Shown piece by piece: positions 37,637 through 49,982 of a stretch of 64,000 nt of DNA. Source of the stretch: Blepharisma stoltei ATCC 30299 (taxonomy: Eukaryota > Protista > Ciliophora); NCBI GenBank assembly GCA_965603825.1, contig CBFDEM010000034.1, positions 310,001 to 374,000 on the forward strand, read 5' to 3'. Position 1 is the stretch's first letter. Each line of letters begins with the position of its first letter. The notes beneath the pieces were generated by a model that was not told the origin of the DNA, did not search any database, and worked only from the letters and a program-made list of their open reading frames with translations. Both the position numbers and the translations under genes were made by a program.

Positions 37637-38263
37637 ATGTTAATCCATCAATTTTAGACCCTTGTTTTTGAATAGCAATATAAAAACTAAAAATCTCTTA
37701 TTAAATGGATTGCTATGAAGAAATAAATTAACTTTAAATGCTGGATGTGCTTTCTTAAGGATTGAAGAGTTATACGGATTAATATAAATAATAAAAAAAA
37801 TATAATTTCATATGATATTCTAGTCAATTTTGAAACTCTAGCTCTATCTATTCCATATCGTTTCGATTCAATTAAAGCTGGGCATAAAGATACTTCTTCT
37901 TGGACTATGGAAGTGGTTAATGCTAGGCAATAAAAAATTAAGACAATGATGGGCTGTCCCTGACCGATCTTCCTATTGAAACAAGTTTAAGCCAAACTAA
38001 CTAATTTTCATTCTTTCATCATAATACCATATATATTTATATAACAAATTCTATAAAAATAATCTATAAATACAAAAAGCTTTAATGAATAGGCAAATTC
38101 TTTATCTGATGCACTCAGATAGAAAACCAATTTTTTTCGAAATAAATTAAAGTATATTTTCAATATATTCAAAAGATTTCTGCTATCACTATTAAGATAA
38201 TATTTTTTTCTCAAACTAGTTATATTTTAAACTTCCATCATAATTTAGTAAAAATTGAAAAAT

Positions 38264-38494
38264 ATGGACTCTTCCCTCCAAGATATCCTAAAACTTGCTT
38301 TCAACGAGCTTATAAAGGATGACCTAAATAAGCTAGCTAAGCAGCAGATAGAGCTTTTAAATCTCCAAAACGAAGAAATAGCAAGCCATCTACAATCTGA
38401 GCTAAGAAAAGTAGGAAATAATAAAAGAAAGCAAACCCTAGTAGACTGTCTTACAAGCACAGTCCTTTGGAGATTGTATCACTCTTTTAACTAA
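38264..38494 (+). CDS. Small helical hypothetical protein (76 aa)
   Basis: ATG in AT-rich context, coding-like composition; TAA is 34 bp from the convergent CCDC61 stop. Confidence 0.5.
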   Translation: MDSSLQDILKLAFNELIKDDLNKLAKQQIELLNLQNEEIASHLQSELRKVGNNKRKQTLVDCLTSTVLWRLYHSFN

Positions 38495-38528
38495 TTTTGT
38501 AGCATTTATCAATATTATTAAAATCACA

Positions 38529-39977
38529 TTAAGCTTTCTGCCTTTTTAATAGTTCCTGGAGTCTTGCTAATCTTGCATCAATGTCACTTACATCAGCTCC
38601 GTTGGCTTTAGGTGATTTTTTTCTTATAGGTTTTTCCTCCTCTGTTGTTCTGTTGTTTCTTCGAGCTCCAGCATTTGGGGAATATTGCAAAGCAGGTGAT
38701 GATTTTCTATTTCCTGGAGAATCTCTTCGGCCAGGAGGAGTTCTTTGCTGATTTCCTGGAGAATTTATCCTTCTATTAATAGAAGATGCAGGAGACGCCC
38801 CTGGAGATCGATTTCTATAACCTGGAGAATTTCTTTGTGCAACTCTATCAGATCCAGGCCTTGAGTTACTCCTGGAAGATCCTTGTGAACTTTTTGGAGA
38901 AAATCGTCCAGCACTCCCAGGGCTTCTGGATGCTGGAGATCTATTTAATCTGTTATTGACTCCATATGTTTTAGAAGGAACTGGACTAGATCCTCTAGAA
39001 CTTCTGGCTCTCAGCACACTTTGCAGCTCATTTTCTAATTCTTTTATCCTCATTTTCTGTTTTCTATCACTTTCTTTTAATTTATCTAGCTCTTCCTGGC
39101 TTTGAAAAAGTGTTTCTTTAGCTTGATTTTCTTGAATTTTGGCTTTTTCTAGTTCTTCTTCTAAATTTTCTACCTTTATTTTAATATTTCTGATCTCTAA
39201 TTTTTCTTCATTTTCTTCTTCCAGCTGAGAAATAATAATTTCCATTTCACTCTTAATCCTATCAAACTCTACTTGCAAATCCTCATTCTTTTTCCTCAAA
39301 ATCTTCGCTTCCTTGCTCCCTTCCAGCTTCAAAATATCATTTTCCTCTTCAAGCGCTTTTGATTCCTTTATCAGCGTATCTATTTCTACAGCCCCTTTTC
39401 TAGGCACTGCTGCCAGAGCTTGATTATGCTCGATTTTTTTTATTTTTTGCTTGATTTCTTGGTTTTCCTCAATTATTTTTAATAAATCTCCTTCAGGAAG
39501 ATTTTGCTTATATTGGTCAATCTCATTACGAAGCCGAATAATAGTCCTTTGTAGAGCGTCTATATCAGGGGCTTCCTGATACAATAGAGGTAAAGGATAA
39601 TGAACTTTGTCGAATTCTACCAAATAAGTTAGGATCATATATCGCTTCATGCTTAATTTTGGGTCAATTGGCGCTTGGTTTCCTTGAGGTCTTCTGCTAT
39701 TTTTTAATATATCGAGTTCTTGGACTGTGTATATGTCAAGCATCACTGATTCACTGTTTTTCTCAAGGGCTGATATAAGCATTTTTACAAATGTAGGGAA
39801 TTTCTTAAAATTATTGGTTTTCTGTGTCATTGTTTCGATATATTGAGCTGTAAAGTCTCCAAGCCATTTCTTAGCTGTCTCTTTTTCTTCAAATTCTACT
39901 TTTAAAGTGTCGTCACCAATATATAGACAAAATAAAAAATTATTCCCTCTCGCGCTAAACTCTCCACGTTTTTCCAT
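38529..39977 (-). CDS. CCDC61: CCDC61/VFL3 basal-body protein
   Basis: Head domain 'WLGDFTAQYIETMTQKTNNFKKFPTFVKML', 'KRYMILTYLVEFDKVHYPLPL'; coiled coil; SP/R-rich tail; terminal 'DIDARLARLQELL'. Confidence 0.9.
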   Translation of the reverse strand: MEKRGEFSARGNNFLFCLYIGDDTLKVEFEEKETAKKWLGDFTAQYIETMTQKTNNFKKFPTFVKMLISALEKNSESVMLDIYTVQELDILKNSRRPQGNQAPIDPKLSMKRYMILTYLVEFDKVHYPLPLLYQEAPDIDALQRTIIRLRNEIDQYKQNLPEGDLLKIIEENQEIKQKIKKIEHNQALAAVPRKGAVEIDTLIKESKALEEENDILKLEGSKEAKILRKKNEDLQVEFDRIKSEMEIIISQLEEENEEKLEIRNIKIKVENLEEELEKAKIQENQAKETLFQSQEELDKLKESDRKQKMRIKELENELQSVLRARSSRGSSPVPSKTYGVNNRLNRSPASRSPGSAGRFSPKSSQGSSRSNSRPGSDRVAQRNSPGYRNRSPGASPASSINRRINSPGNQQRTPPGRRDSPGNRKSSPALQYSPNAGARRNNRTTEEEKPIRKKSPKANGADVSDIDARLARLQELLKRQKA

Positions 39978-40087
39978 TTAAATTATGAAATATTTTAATT
40001 AATGATAAAGCAAAAGCTGTTTTATTATCTAATATTTATGTTTTTTAATGGATTCATTAGCCATTATTGTTAATAAACAGTCTATTA

Positions 40088-41104
40088 TTAGTTTTCTAAC
40101 GGAGGCGCTGACGGTGCAAAACGTACAGCCGGCATAAAAACCGGTTTCCACTTCTTTGGCTTTGGGTGTTGTGTTTTTGTCACCTTTGGCTTTATTTCAG
40201 TCCAAATTTCTACTTCAGATTCAGGCCCTGCACAGCCTGAATCCATAACTGTTCTTACATGAGCAGAATATGAACAATTTATTAACTGTCCTTTAGTCGT
40301 GCATTTTTCTTTAATTTCACTTTCTAAATTAGCAAGCGCAAAAGGGATCCTAAGTCCTTCGTTTATTAGCAAAGAATTTCTAGTCCTTGCTCTCACACTT
40401 TTCTGTGATATTCTTTCCTTCAAAATCTTTTGTGAGCCGTCATTGCTTCTTAAAAGCATAGATCTAAATAATGTGACTTCAATAATCCCTACATTTATTG
40501 AGCATTTTGCATGGTCAATATCTACAATTACACCTAAAATATCATCAGTCGCATATGAAGTTTTATCAAATCTTGCCCTGAGGAATAAAACTCCATAATT
40601 AAGCATGCAGCAGCCAGTTATAGCTGTAGATACACAGCCAACACTTAGATCGCTATTATGCTCTATATGAGGCTGTATTAGTTTAATTTCTTGTGTAAGC
40701 GAATATGGCTCAGGGGTAGAAATTAGTGTCGCAGTCAAATAGTATTTAATTGAAGCCTTTATCATAGAAGCTTCATAGCTAAAACTCCCAGGCATAGAAT
40801 TTGGCAGAATTATAGTAAAAGGGAACACATATTGGCCTTTTTTCCCTAAACACTGTGACCATATGTAAACAGTTAAGGCTTTTTCTATTATCACATTTTT
40901 GGCTTGGTGTGTTGCAATAGCAGCTTTTTCTTCCCCAGAGAAATCTTCTCAATGAACAGACTCGACCCCAAAAAGCTGCAAAATCAAGCTTTCGACCCTC
41001 ATGGCTGATGGTATTTTTAAACAAATATCGCCTTGTATATAATCGCCTGGGCTATAAGCTGAATCGTCAAGTTTTATATAAAGCGAAAGATTTTTGTTTC
41101 CCAT
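40088..41104 (-). CDS. Arrestin-domain (alpha-arrestin-like) adaptor
   Basis: ATG 41104 'MGNKNLSLYIKLDDSAYSPGDYIQG…GVESVH[TGA]E'; 'GQYVFPFTIILPNSMPGSF…IKYYL'; C-terminal PSAP. Confidence 0.85.
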
Positions 41105-41124
41105 AATAAATTTTCATATAAAAA

Positions 41125-42543
41125 ATGCTGGGAAGATTTACAAGAGGCTTACTTAAACGGTCTTTTGCAGAACGTACCTATGGCGGCCTAAAAGACCAAG
41201 ACCGTATCTTCACAAATGTCTACAAAGACAGTGACCCTATGCTAAAAGGTGCCTTAAAACGAGGCGACTGGCACCAAACTAAAGATATCTTATCAATGGG
41301 CCCAGATTGGCTAATCCAAGAAATCAAAGACAGCGGGCTTCGTGGGCGTGGTGGAGCTGGTTTTCCTTCAGGCTTAAAATACTCATTTATGCCTAAGAAA
41401 TCTGACGGCCGCACTTCTTATTTAGTCGTCAACGCTGATGAGTCAGAGCCTGGGACTTGTAAAGATCGCGAAATCCTTCGTCACGATCCTCACAAGCTGC
41501 TAGAAGGAATGCTTATTGTAGGGACCTCTATGAGGGCTAGAGCTGGCTATATCTATATGAGAGGCGAGTTTTGGCATGAAGCCAATATCATCCAAGCTGC
41601 AATTGATGAAGCCTACGCTGGCGGATTTTTAGGGAAAAATGCATGTGGCTCTGGTATTGATTATGATATTTATCTACACAGAGGAGCTGGGGCTTATATT
41701 TGTGGAGAAGAAAGCGCATTATTAGAAAGCTTAGAAGGAAAACAAGGAAAACCCAGGATGAAGCCACCATTCCCAGCAAATATGGGGCTCTATGGGTGTC
41801 CGACAACTGTGACGAACGTAGAAACGGTATCAGTGGTACCAACAATTATGAGGAGAGGGGCGAGTTGGTTTAGCTCATTTGGGAGAAAAGGAAATGCAGG
41901 GACTAAACTGTTTTGTATTTCAGGGCATGTAAATAATCCTTGTACGGTAGAAGAAGAAATGTCGATTCCACTGAAAGAGCTTATTGATAGACATTGTGGA
42001 GGGGTAAAAGGAGGATGGGATAATTTGTTAGGGATTATTCCAGGTGGATCGTCAGTGCCAATTTTGCCTAAAAAAATATGTGAAACTGTGCTAATGGATT
42101 ATGATGCTTTAAGAGAGGTTCAGTCTGGGCTTGGGACTGCTGCTGTTATTGTAATTGATAAATCTGTAGACATTATTGACTGCATTTTACGCTTATCTAA
42201 GTTTTATAAGCACGAGTCCTGTGGGCAATGTACACCTTGCAGAGAAGGAACGACCTGGCTAGTTGATATTTTAACAAGAATTAAGTATGGAAATGCCGAT
42301 TTTGCAGAAATTGATATGCTGGAAGAACTTACAAGGCAAATTGAAGGACATACAATTTGTGCATTAGGAGACGCAGCAGCTTGGCCTGTCCAAGGATTGA
42401 TTAAGAATTTCCGAGCTGAAATGGAAGACAGGATCAATAAATATTGGGCTGAACATCCTGCAGCTCGCAAAAACCCAGTGGAGTCTGTTAGAAATATCGA
42501 AACTTTAGAAGGATACCAAAGAGTGCTTGCGCAAAAGCATTAA
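41125..42543 (+). CDS. NDUFV1: NADH:ubiquinone oxidoreductase 51-kDa flavoprotein subunit
   Basis: [49 protein letters not shown]; mitochondrial presequence. Confidence 0.98.
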   Translation: MLGRFTRGLLKRSFAERTYGGLKDQDRIFTNVYKDSDPMLKGALKRGDWHQTKDILSMGPDWLIQEIKDSGLRGRGGAGFPSGLKYSFMPKKSDGRTSYLVVNADESEPGTCKDREILRHDPHKLLEGMLIVGTSMRARAGYIYMRGEFWHEANIIQAAIDEAYAGGFLGKNACGSGIDYDIYLHRGAGAYICGEESALLESLEGKQGKPRMKPPFPANMGLYGCPTTVTNVETVSVVPTIMRRGASWFSSFGRKGNAGTKLFCISGHVNNPCTVEEEMSIPLKELIDRHCGGVKGGWDNLLGIIPGGSSVPILPKKICETVLMDYDALREVQSGLGTAAVIVIDKSVDIIDCILRLSKFYKHESCGQCTPCREGTTWLVDILTRIKYGNADFAEIDMLEELTRQIEGHTICALGDAAAWPVQGLIKNFRAEMEDRINKYWAEHPAARKNPVESVRNIETLEGYQRVLAQKH

Positions 42544-42668
42544 TAGTAATAAAACCTTGATTTAATTAGGGAGAAAATTTTTGAATAGAAAAATATGAAT
42601 TTAAAGCTATCGACTATTTGGATTAGCTAAAGAAATTTTACAGCAGACGAGAGAAGTTATTTAAAATA

Positions 42669-43238
42669 TTAGCCTTTAAGTTCTCTTACAAAATTTTCTT
42701 CATTTCATGACTGAGTTGGTCTCTTTTTATATTTGCTTTCACTATCTAACATTTTAGAAATGCTAAATGTTTGTTACCTTTTGCATACAACCTCGCTTTC
42801 GTCTAAAATATGTCTCAAACTGCTATTCCCAGTGCTTGAATTTTTATCAAAATTTATTCTTCTAAGCACTCTTTGGCTGAAAGGCTCATTTACATTTTTT
42901 GAATTTTTTGATGTTTGTCCTGTCATCAATTCTTTTAAATTTATTTTTACTCTGACAGGAGCTCTTATTTGTCTAGTGCATTGTAGCTGGGTAGCTTCCA
43001 CATAACTATTGTAAAGTTTCACAAAGTCATTTCTTGTAATTTCAAAATTTTTATAATCGAAAATATAGTTCGAAAGCACCTGCTTGACAAAAAATACTTG
43101 GGAAGGCTCTATAAGCCTTAATAATGCTTTTAAATTCTCAAGATACAGGATTCCTGTATTTTCTATATCCATTTGGTCAAAAAGGCTTTCAGCAGAAAAA
43201 TCAGTTTGATTTTCTGATACCATAAAGATACTTGACAT
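42669..43238 (-). CDS. EF-hand-like hypothetical protein, probable intron near 3' end
   Basis: 'LFDQMDIENTGILYLENLKALL' EF-hand-like; the apparent stop lies within consensus intron 42763-42777; the spliced frame extends to TAA 42669-42671. Confidence 0.6.
42763..42777 (-). other. Putative 15-nt intron
   Basis: GTAACAAACATTTAG, A at position 10, carries in-frame TAA. Confidence 0.65.
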
Positions 43239-43651
43239 TTATAATTGAATAATGAATTGCCCTCATGGAGCAATAAGAAAAATTAAAGCAATTTATATAA
43301 ATTTCTAGTATTAACAGACAAATTAAAATTTGTCTAAATTTTCATTTATATGATTTTATCAGCCAAATTTGTATTTGAAGCAGTTGAATTCTTGCAAAAA
43401 TTTCATTTTAAATCAATAAACGATAACCTTAAATTTAAAATCTGCACTGTTTTGGAAGTTTCAGCCTTAAGCCTGATGTTGATTTTCTCTACAAAAACTT
43501 TGTTTCAAGATTAAATTCTTTATATTAAATATAAAAAATCTAAAATCTCTATATAAATGCTACAATTAACCCAAAAAGTATATTTTCTATTCCTTCTGAA
43601 ACGCAAATTTGTTATATACAAAGGTATTTACATTATTTATCATATGTACAT

Positions 43652-44170
43652 TTAAGAAGGGTGTTTACTGATATGCTTGGTAAGCATATACTTGTTGTAA
43701 ACAGTCAAGCCGCATATTTCACAATTCACTCGAGTAACCTTTTGGTGCACTTGTCTATCATGGAAAGTGAGAGCATGCTGGTGTTTGAACGTCTTGTGGC
43801 ATATGCTGCAGATTACTCCTTTCTCTTTATTAGAGTGAGCTTTTCCTATGTGTTGTTGGAGTCCTTTATGGTTTTTATAAAACTTCCCACAGGTTGGGCA
43901 CTCAACTTCGTCGCATTCTGACTCTACTGTTGAGCAAGAATAAGGAGATTTTGGGGTTTCTAGTGATTTAGGAGAGTATTTTGTCTCGTAATCTAATCCC
44001 AACCTGAATTGCAAAAAGGAGATCGAATCGTGGTCAAGCTCGAAATCTTGGATCAAATGGTCTCTAAACTGATGAGGAGAATCAAACCCAACTCCGCATA
44101 GCTCGCAGCAATATTCAGAATGCTGTGGAGAAGCTATGCATTGGAATTTTGGGATGAGCGTTGCTGACAT
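43652..44170 (-). CDS. C2H2 zinc-finger protein
   Basis: Three adjacent C-x2-C-x12-H-x3/4-H fingers at the C-terminus plus one degenerate N-terminal finger. Confidence 0.88.
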   Translation of the reverse strand: MSATLIPKFQCIASPQHSEYCCELCGVGFDSPHQFRDHLIQDFELDHDSISFLQFRLGLDYETKYSPKSLETPKSPYSCSTVESECDEVECPTCGKFYKNHKGLQQHIGKAHSNKEKGVICSICHKTFKHQHALTFHDRQVHQKVTRVNCEICGLTVYNKYMLTKHISKHPS

Positions 44171-44583
44171 TTAGCTATTTATTTAATTATAAGGCATCAA
44201 TGAATATGGTAGATTTATATGCTTAAGTTAAATGGATAGTTTCTTTCAGTCAAATTAATTTTATTAGGCTCCATATTTCAGATTACGAGTTCTGGTGAGC
44301 TGAACGCCATATTATCTTGCATCAGTTGCAATAATATAAGCTGCAAAATAAACTTCTAATAAGTTTCTTATAGTTAAGCACAGTCTTTCTTTCTATATTA
44401 GACTTTAATTTATAATTATTTTTATTATTAATAATTAATTCAATTTTAATTATAGAAGTAGCACGATTACATGCATAAGCTATATATTAAGATGTTTTTA
44501 TAAATTTTAGAAAATTATTTGAAATTGTGCAAAAATTAATTATCTATTAATGATAATAATTTTTAAAAAGGATATATAATAAT

Positions 44584-47135
44584 ATGTCTTTACAATGTGA
44601 GCAAAAGCAATGCAAAACTATTCCGAGTTTTATATGTGCATGCTCATTGAAAGGGCATTTATTTTGTAAGGTGCATATTACTGAGCATATAGAAAGCATT
44701 CCAGGCCTTCAACATAAAGGGGTGTCCTTATTTTTTGGTAACTCTACTAAAAATATTTGCAAATTTGAGGACATCCTACCTAGAAAAGGCAGCATTTATA
44801 TCAAGATAGATGATAATATCGATCGATCTTTAAATTCTGCCATCAATTATGTTGGAATTATTATTCAATCTCTGAATGTTTACAATCGAAAATTCCCTTC
44901 AGCCTATTCACCAACTCTAGAGTCACAGAATTTATTCCCAAGTACTCAATTCCCATCCCCATCTCTTAGCCCTACTTTCCAAGATCTTTTCTATAAAATT
45001 TCTATAGTTCTCGCTACTCATATTCTTCGAATAGGAGATATTTCTTCCCTCAAAGCAAGCTATATCAATAAAATCAATTTTATAAACCAGAAAGAAATTT
45101 TAAAATACTTTAAAAGCTTAGGAACTGAAGAATTACAAGATAAACTACTTATCATTACTTTAGAGTCAAGAGAGCATAAAAGCATAAAATATGCTTCCAG
45201 TAACGCAATAACAATTTTGAATTATTCCAAATATAAATTCATTGATAAAGATTTGCATGGCATCAAAATTAAAGGCGCAGATCTCTCAGAAGCACTCATA
45301 ATAAATTCTAATTTCCAAGGAAGCAATCTTAAAAGAGTAGATTTTTCTTTCGCAAATATTTATGATACAAATTTCAAGGACTGCAATTTAACAGATGTAT
45401 GATTCGGGCAGTATCCTCCATTTAAAAATAAAATAACTGACTGGAATACCACTTTTGCCTGAAATAAGGACTACTTGGCTTCTATTGATAATAATGCTGT
45501 ATTTTTGCAAGATATTAAGACTGGGTGTGTTTTTAAAGAATTCAAACATAAAGAAATCATAAAAATAGTTGCTTTATCAGAGAACGGATCGCTGCTTGCA
45601 ATTGCTGATAAATGTAATATACTTCACATATGGGACATTATGAATGATAATAAATTAGCAGAGCTACAAGAACCAACACATTGAGTGACTTCTATTGCAT
45701 TTTCTCCGAAAGGAGGTTTAGTCGCTGCTGGAAGTCGTGATGGCTTCTTAAGAATATGAAATATTGCTACAAGTTCAATGATAAGTTCATTCACCTATTA
45801 TTCTGTTTTATTTTCAGTTGAATATTCTGCTTGTGGCAAATACATTGTTCTTGGCACTATCTCTTTAGTGCTAGTTGTATATGCTGAAGATATAAAAATA
45901 ACTAAATGCAGATTCAATCATCCTCGAACTGCAACAGTTGCCTCATTTTCTCCATGCACTAGATATGTAATAACTGATTGAATGATTTAAAATTCAGAAT
46001 GTGAGATATAGAAACAGGAGAACTTATAAAATCAATTAAAACGAGTTTTTCCTGACCTGATAGCAATTTTGGCCTCGCATTACCATATGTTTGTTTCGAA
46101 ATACAAACCATACCACTTTTGAAATGCTTAGCAAAAAATGGGCAAATAGAAATAAAGTGGTTCAATGAGGCATTATTCAATAAGCACCATTTATCATTTT
46201 CTCCTGATGGAAATTATGTAGCTACAAAGAAAAGAAAAGATTATATAGATATTTGAGATGCAAAAGCTTTAGAAAGTCATTCTTTTCCTTATAAAGAAAT
46301 TACCTCTATATCTTTTTCCTATGATGGGAAATATATGGCATATACAGATGCTTCAAAATCAATAAAAATCCAAAATATCGAAAAAAATATAAATATTGTA
46401 AAGCTTAAAGGTCACCAAGCTATAGTTTGGTATGTGATTTTTTCTAAAATATCGTATTTTTTGGTTTCTTTATATGTGGATAACATAGTGATTATCTGAG
46501 ACACTTTAAATCAATATCCTTTAAGCAAGATTGAAATTAAAGACCAAGTACGAGCTCTTGATCTATCTTTTGAAAACAATTTTATTGGGGTTGGACTATT
46601 AAATGGAAATATTAAGGTATGAAATACAAACAATCTATCAGATAGTTTTTCTTTAATGCACAAAGGAGCGATTATTTGTATAAAATTTTCACCATGTGAA
46701 AATTTTATTGCAGCTGCCAGTAAAGATGGGAAATTTATATTGTGGAGAATTAATAAAAAAAACTTTGTGAGTTTTGGTAGAAAACGCATGAAAGAGGTTT
46801 CTTACATATGTTTTGCTAAATCAAGAAATTATTTGGTTTCAGCTCATATAAATGGTGATATTATTTTTTGAGACATTAATTATCAACAGCAAGTTATGAA
46901 AGTGGAAACAAATGGAGAGATTATAAGATCAATAGCATTATCTCCATGTGAAAATTACTTGGTTGCTGGGTATTTTGATGGCTTTGTAAGAGTGCTGAGT
47001 ACTTTGCAAGGAAATATAATCAAATCGCTCCAATATCATCGTAAATCTGTTTGTTCAGTTGAATTTATAAATAGTGAAAAGCTACTATTTGCATCTGCGA
47101 GTATTGATGCTACAATTAACTTTTTGAGAATCTAA
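44584..47135 (+). pseudogene. Zn-finger/pentapeptide/WD40 gene, copy A, frameshifted
   Basis: 1-nt deletion at ~45980 (GATTG-AATGAT vs GATTGTAATGAT in copy E) gives a premature TAA at 45988-45990; downstream WD40s are in another frame. Could be an assembly error. Confidence 0.7.
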
Positions 47136-47324
47136 TATTTAAAATAAAGGATAAAATTTAACTCAATCATAACCTTTTAAAACTTTAATTTAATTTTTTT
47201 CTACTTCGTATGCCATATTGAAAATATATTAAGATGTTTCCACAAACCCCAGGAAATTATTTGAATTGTGCAATAATTAATTATCTATTAATTATAATAA
47301 TTTTTAAAAAGGATATATAATAAT

Positions 47325-49880
47325 ATGTCTTTGAAATGTGAGCAAAAGCAATGCAAAGTTATTCCAAGTTTTATATGTGCATGCTCATTGAAAGGGCATT
47401 TATTTTGTAAGGTGCATATTATTGAGCATATAGAAAGCTTTCCAGGCCTTCAGCATAAAGGGGTGTCTTTATTCTTTGATAATTCTGCTAAAAATATTTG
47501 CAAATTTGAGGACATCCGACCTAGAAAAGGCAGCATTTATATAAAGACAGATGATAATATCGATCGATCTTTAAATTCTGCCATCAATTATACTGGAATA
47601 ATTATTCAATCTCTGAATGTTTACAATCGAAAATTCCCTTTAGGCGATTCAGCAACTCTAGAGTCACAGAATTTATTGCTAAGTACTCAATTCCTATCCC
47701 CATCTCCCATAACTACTTTCCAAGACCTTTTCTATAAAATTTCTATAGTTCTCGCTACTCATATTCTTCGAATAGGAGATATTTCTTCCCTCAAAGCAAG
47801 CTATATCAATAAAATCAATTTTATAAACCAGAAAGAAATTTTAAAATACTTTAAAAGCTTAGGAACTGAAGAATTACAAGATAAACTACTTAACATTACT
47901 TTAGAGTCAAGAGAGCATAAAAGCATAAAATATGCTTCCAGTAACGCAATAACAATCTTAAATTATTCCAAATATAAATTCATTGATAAAGATTTGCATG
48001 GCATCAAAATTAAAGGCGCAGATCTCTCAGAAGCACTCATAATAAATTCTAATTTCCAAGGAAGCAATCTCAAAAGGGTGGATTTTTCTTTCGCAAATAT
48101 TTATGATACAAATTTCAAGGACTGTGATTTGGCAGGTGTGTGATTCGGGCAGTATCCTCCATTTAAAAATAGAATAACTGACTGGAATACCACTTTTGCC
48201 TGAAATAAGGACTACTTGGCTTATATTGATGATAATGTTGCATTTTTGCAAGACATTAAGAGCGGGTGTGTTTTTAAAGAATTCGAACATAAAGAAGTGA
48301 TAAAAGTAGCTGCTTTATCAAAGGACGGATCACTGCTTGCAATTGCTGATAAATGTAATATACTTCACATATGGGACATTATGAATGACAATAAATTAAC
48401 AGAGCTGCAAGGACCCTCACATTGAGTGACTTCTATTGCATTTTCTCCGAAAGGAGGTTTAGTCGCTGCTGGAAGTCGTGATGGCTTCTTAAGAATATGA
48501 AATATTGCTACAAGCTCAATGATGAGTTCATTCAGCTATTATTATGTTATATTTTCAGTTGAATATTCTGCTTGTGGCGAATATATTGTTCTTGGCACTT
48601 CTATCTCTTTAGTGCCAGTTGTATATGCTGAAGATATAAAAATAACTAAATGCAGGTTCAATCATCCACGAACTGCAACAGTTGCCTCATTTTCTCCATG
48701 CACTAGATATGTAATAACTGATTGTGATGATTTAAAATTCAGAATATGAGATATAGAAACAGGAGACCTTATAAAATCAATTAAAACGAGTTTTTCCTGA
48801 CCTAATAGCCTTTTTAGCCTCGCATTACCATATGTAGGTTTCGAATTACGAACCATACCACTTTTGAAATGTTTAGCAAAAAATGGGCAAGTAGAAATAA
48901 AGTGGTTCAATGAGGCATTATTCAATAAGCACTATTTATCATTTTCTCCCGATGGAAATTATGTAACTACAAAGAAAAGAAAAAATTATATAGAGATTTG
49001 AGACGCAAAAGCTTTAGAAAATCATTCTTTTCCTTATAAAGAAATTACCTCTATATCTTTTTCCTATGATGGGAAATATATGGCATATACAGATGCTTCA
49101 AAATCAATAAAAATCCAAAATATCGAAAAAAATATAAATATTGTAAAGCTTAAAGGCCACCAAGCTATAGTTTGGTATGTGATTTTTTCTAAAGTATCGT
49201 ATATTTTGGTTTCTTTATATGTGGATAACATAGTGATTATCTGAGACACTTTAAATCAATATCCTTTAAGCGAAATTGAAATTAAAGATCAAGTGACAGC
49301 TCTTGATCTATCTTTTGAAAACAATTTTATTGGGGTTGGGCTATTAAATGGAAATATTAAGGTAATAAATACAAACAATCTATCAGATAGTTTTTCTTTA
49401 ATGCACAAAGGAGTGATTACTTGTATCAAATTTTCTCCATGTGAAAATTTTATTGCAGCCGCCAGTAATGATAGAAAATTTAATTTGTGGAGAATTAATA
49501 AAAAAAACTATGTGAGTTTTGGCAGAAAACGCATGAAGGAGGTTTCTTACATATGTTTTGCTAAATCAAGAAATTATTTGGTTTCAGCTCATATAAATGG
49601 TGATATCATTTTTTGAGATATTAATACTCAACAGCAAGTTATGAAAGTGGAAACAAAAGGAGGGATTATAAGATCAATAGCATTATCTCCATGTGAAAAT
49701 TACTTGGTTGCTGGGTTTTTTGATGGCTTTGTAAGAGTGCTGGGCACTTTGCAAGGAAATATAATCAAATCGCTCCTATATCATCGTAAATCTGTTTGTT
49801 CAGTTGAATTTATAAATAGTGAAAAGCTACTATTTGCATCTGCGAGTATTGATGCTACAATTAACTTTTGGAGAATCTAA
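47325..49880 (+). CDS. Zn-finger/pentapeptide-repeat/WD40 protein, copy B (851 aa)
   Basis: Single frame with TGA=Trp (WD/WN repeat ends); SSNAITILNY anchor, pentapeptide repeats, about 13 WD40 blades; ends TAA. Confidence 0.9.
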
Positions 49881-49982
49881 TATTTAAAATAAAGGATAAA
49901 ATTTAACTCAATCATAACCTTTTAAAACTTAATTTAATTTTTTTCTACTTCGTAATAATTTTTAAAAAGGATATATAATAAT

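Noticed and set aside
37820-37990. Slightly GC-richer patch with TGATG…CTGA (box C/D-like)
   Set aside because: Boxes are imperfect and too close together; no terminal stem or recognisable guide; no convincing ORF.
38008-38214. 68-aa minus-strand ORF
   Set aside because: Extremely AT-rich, F/Y/I/K/N-biased, non-ATG start; looks like intergenic noise.
42026-42033. TGTTAGGG, one telomere-like unit
   Set aside because: Single copy inside the NDUFV1 coding sequence; expected by chance.
42674-42689. Possible 16-nt intron GTAAGAGAACTTAAAG (minus strand)
   Set aside because: Lacks A at position 10 or 11 and is not needed for the frame.
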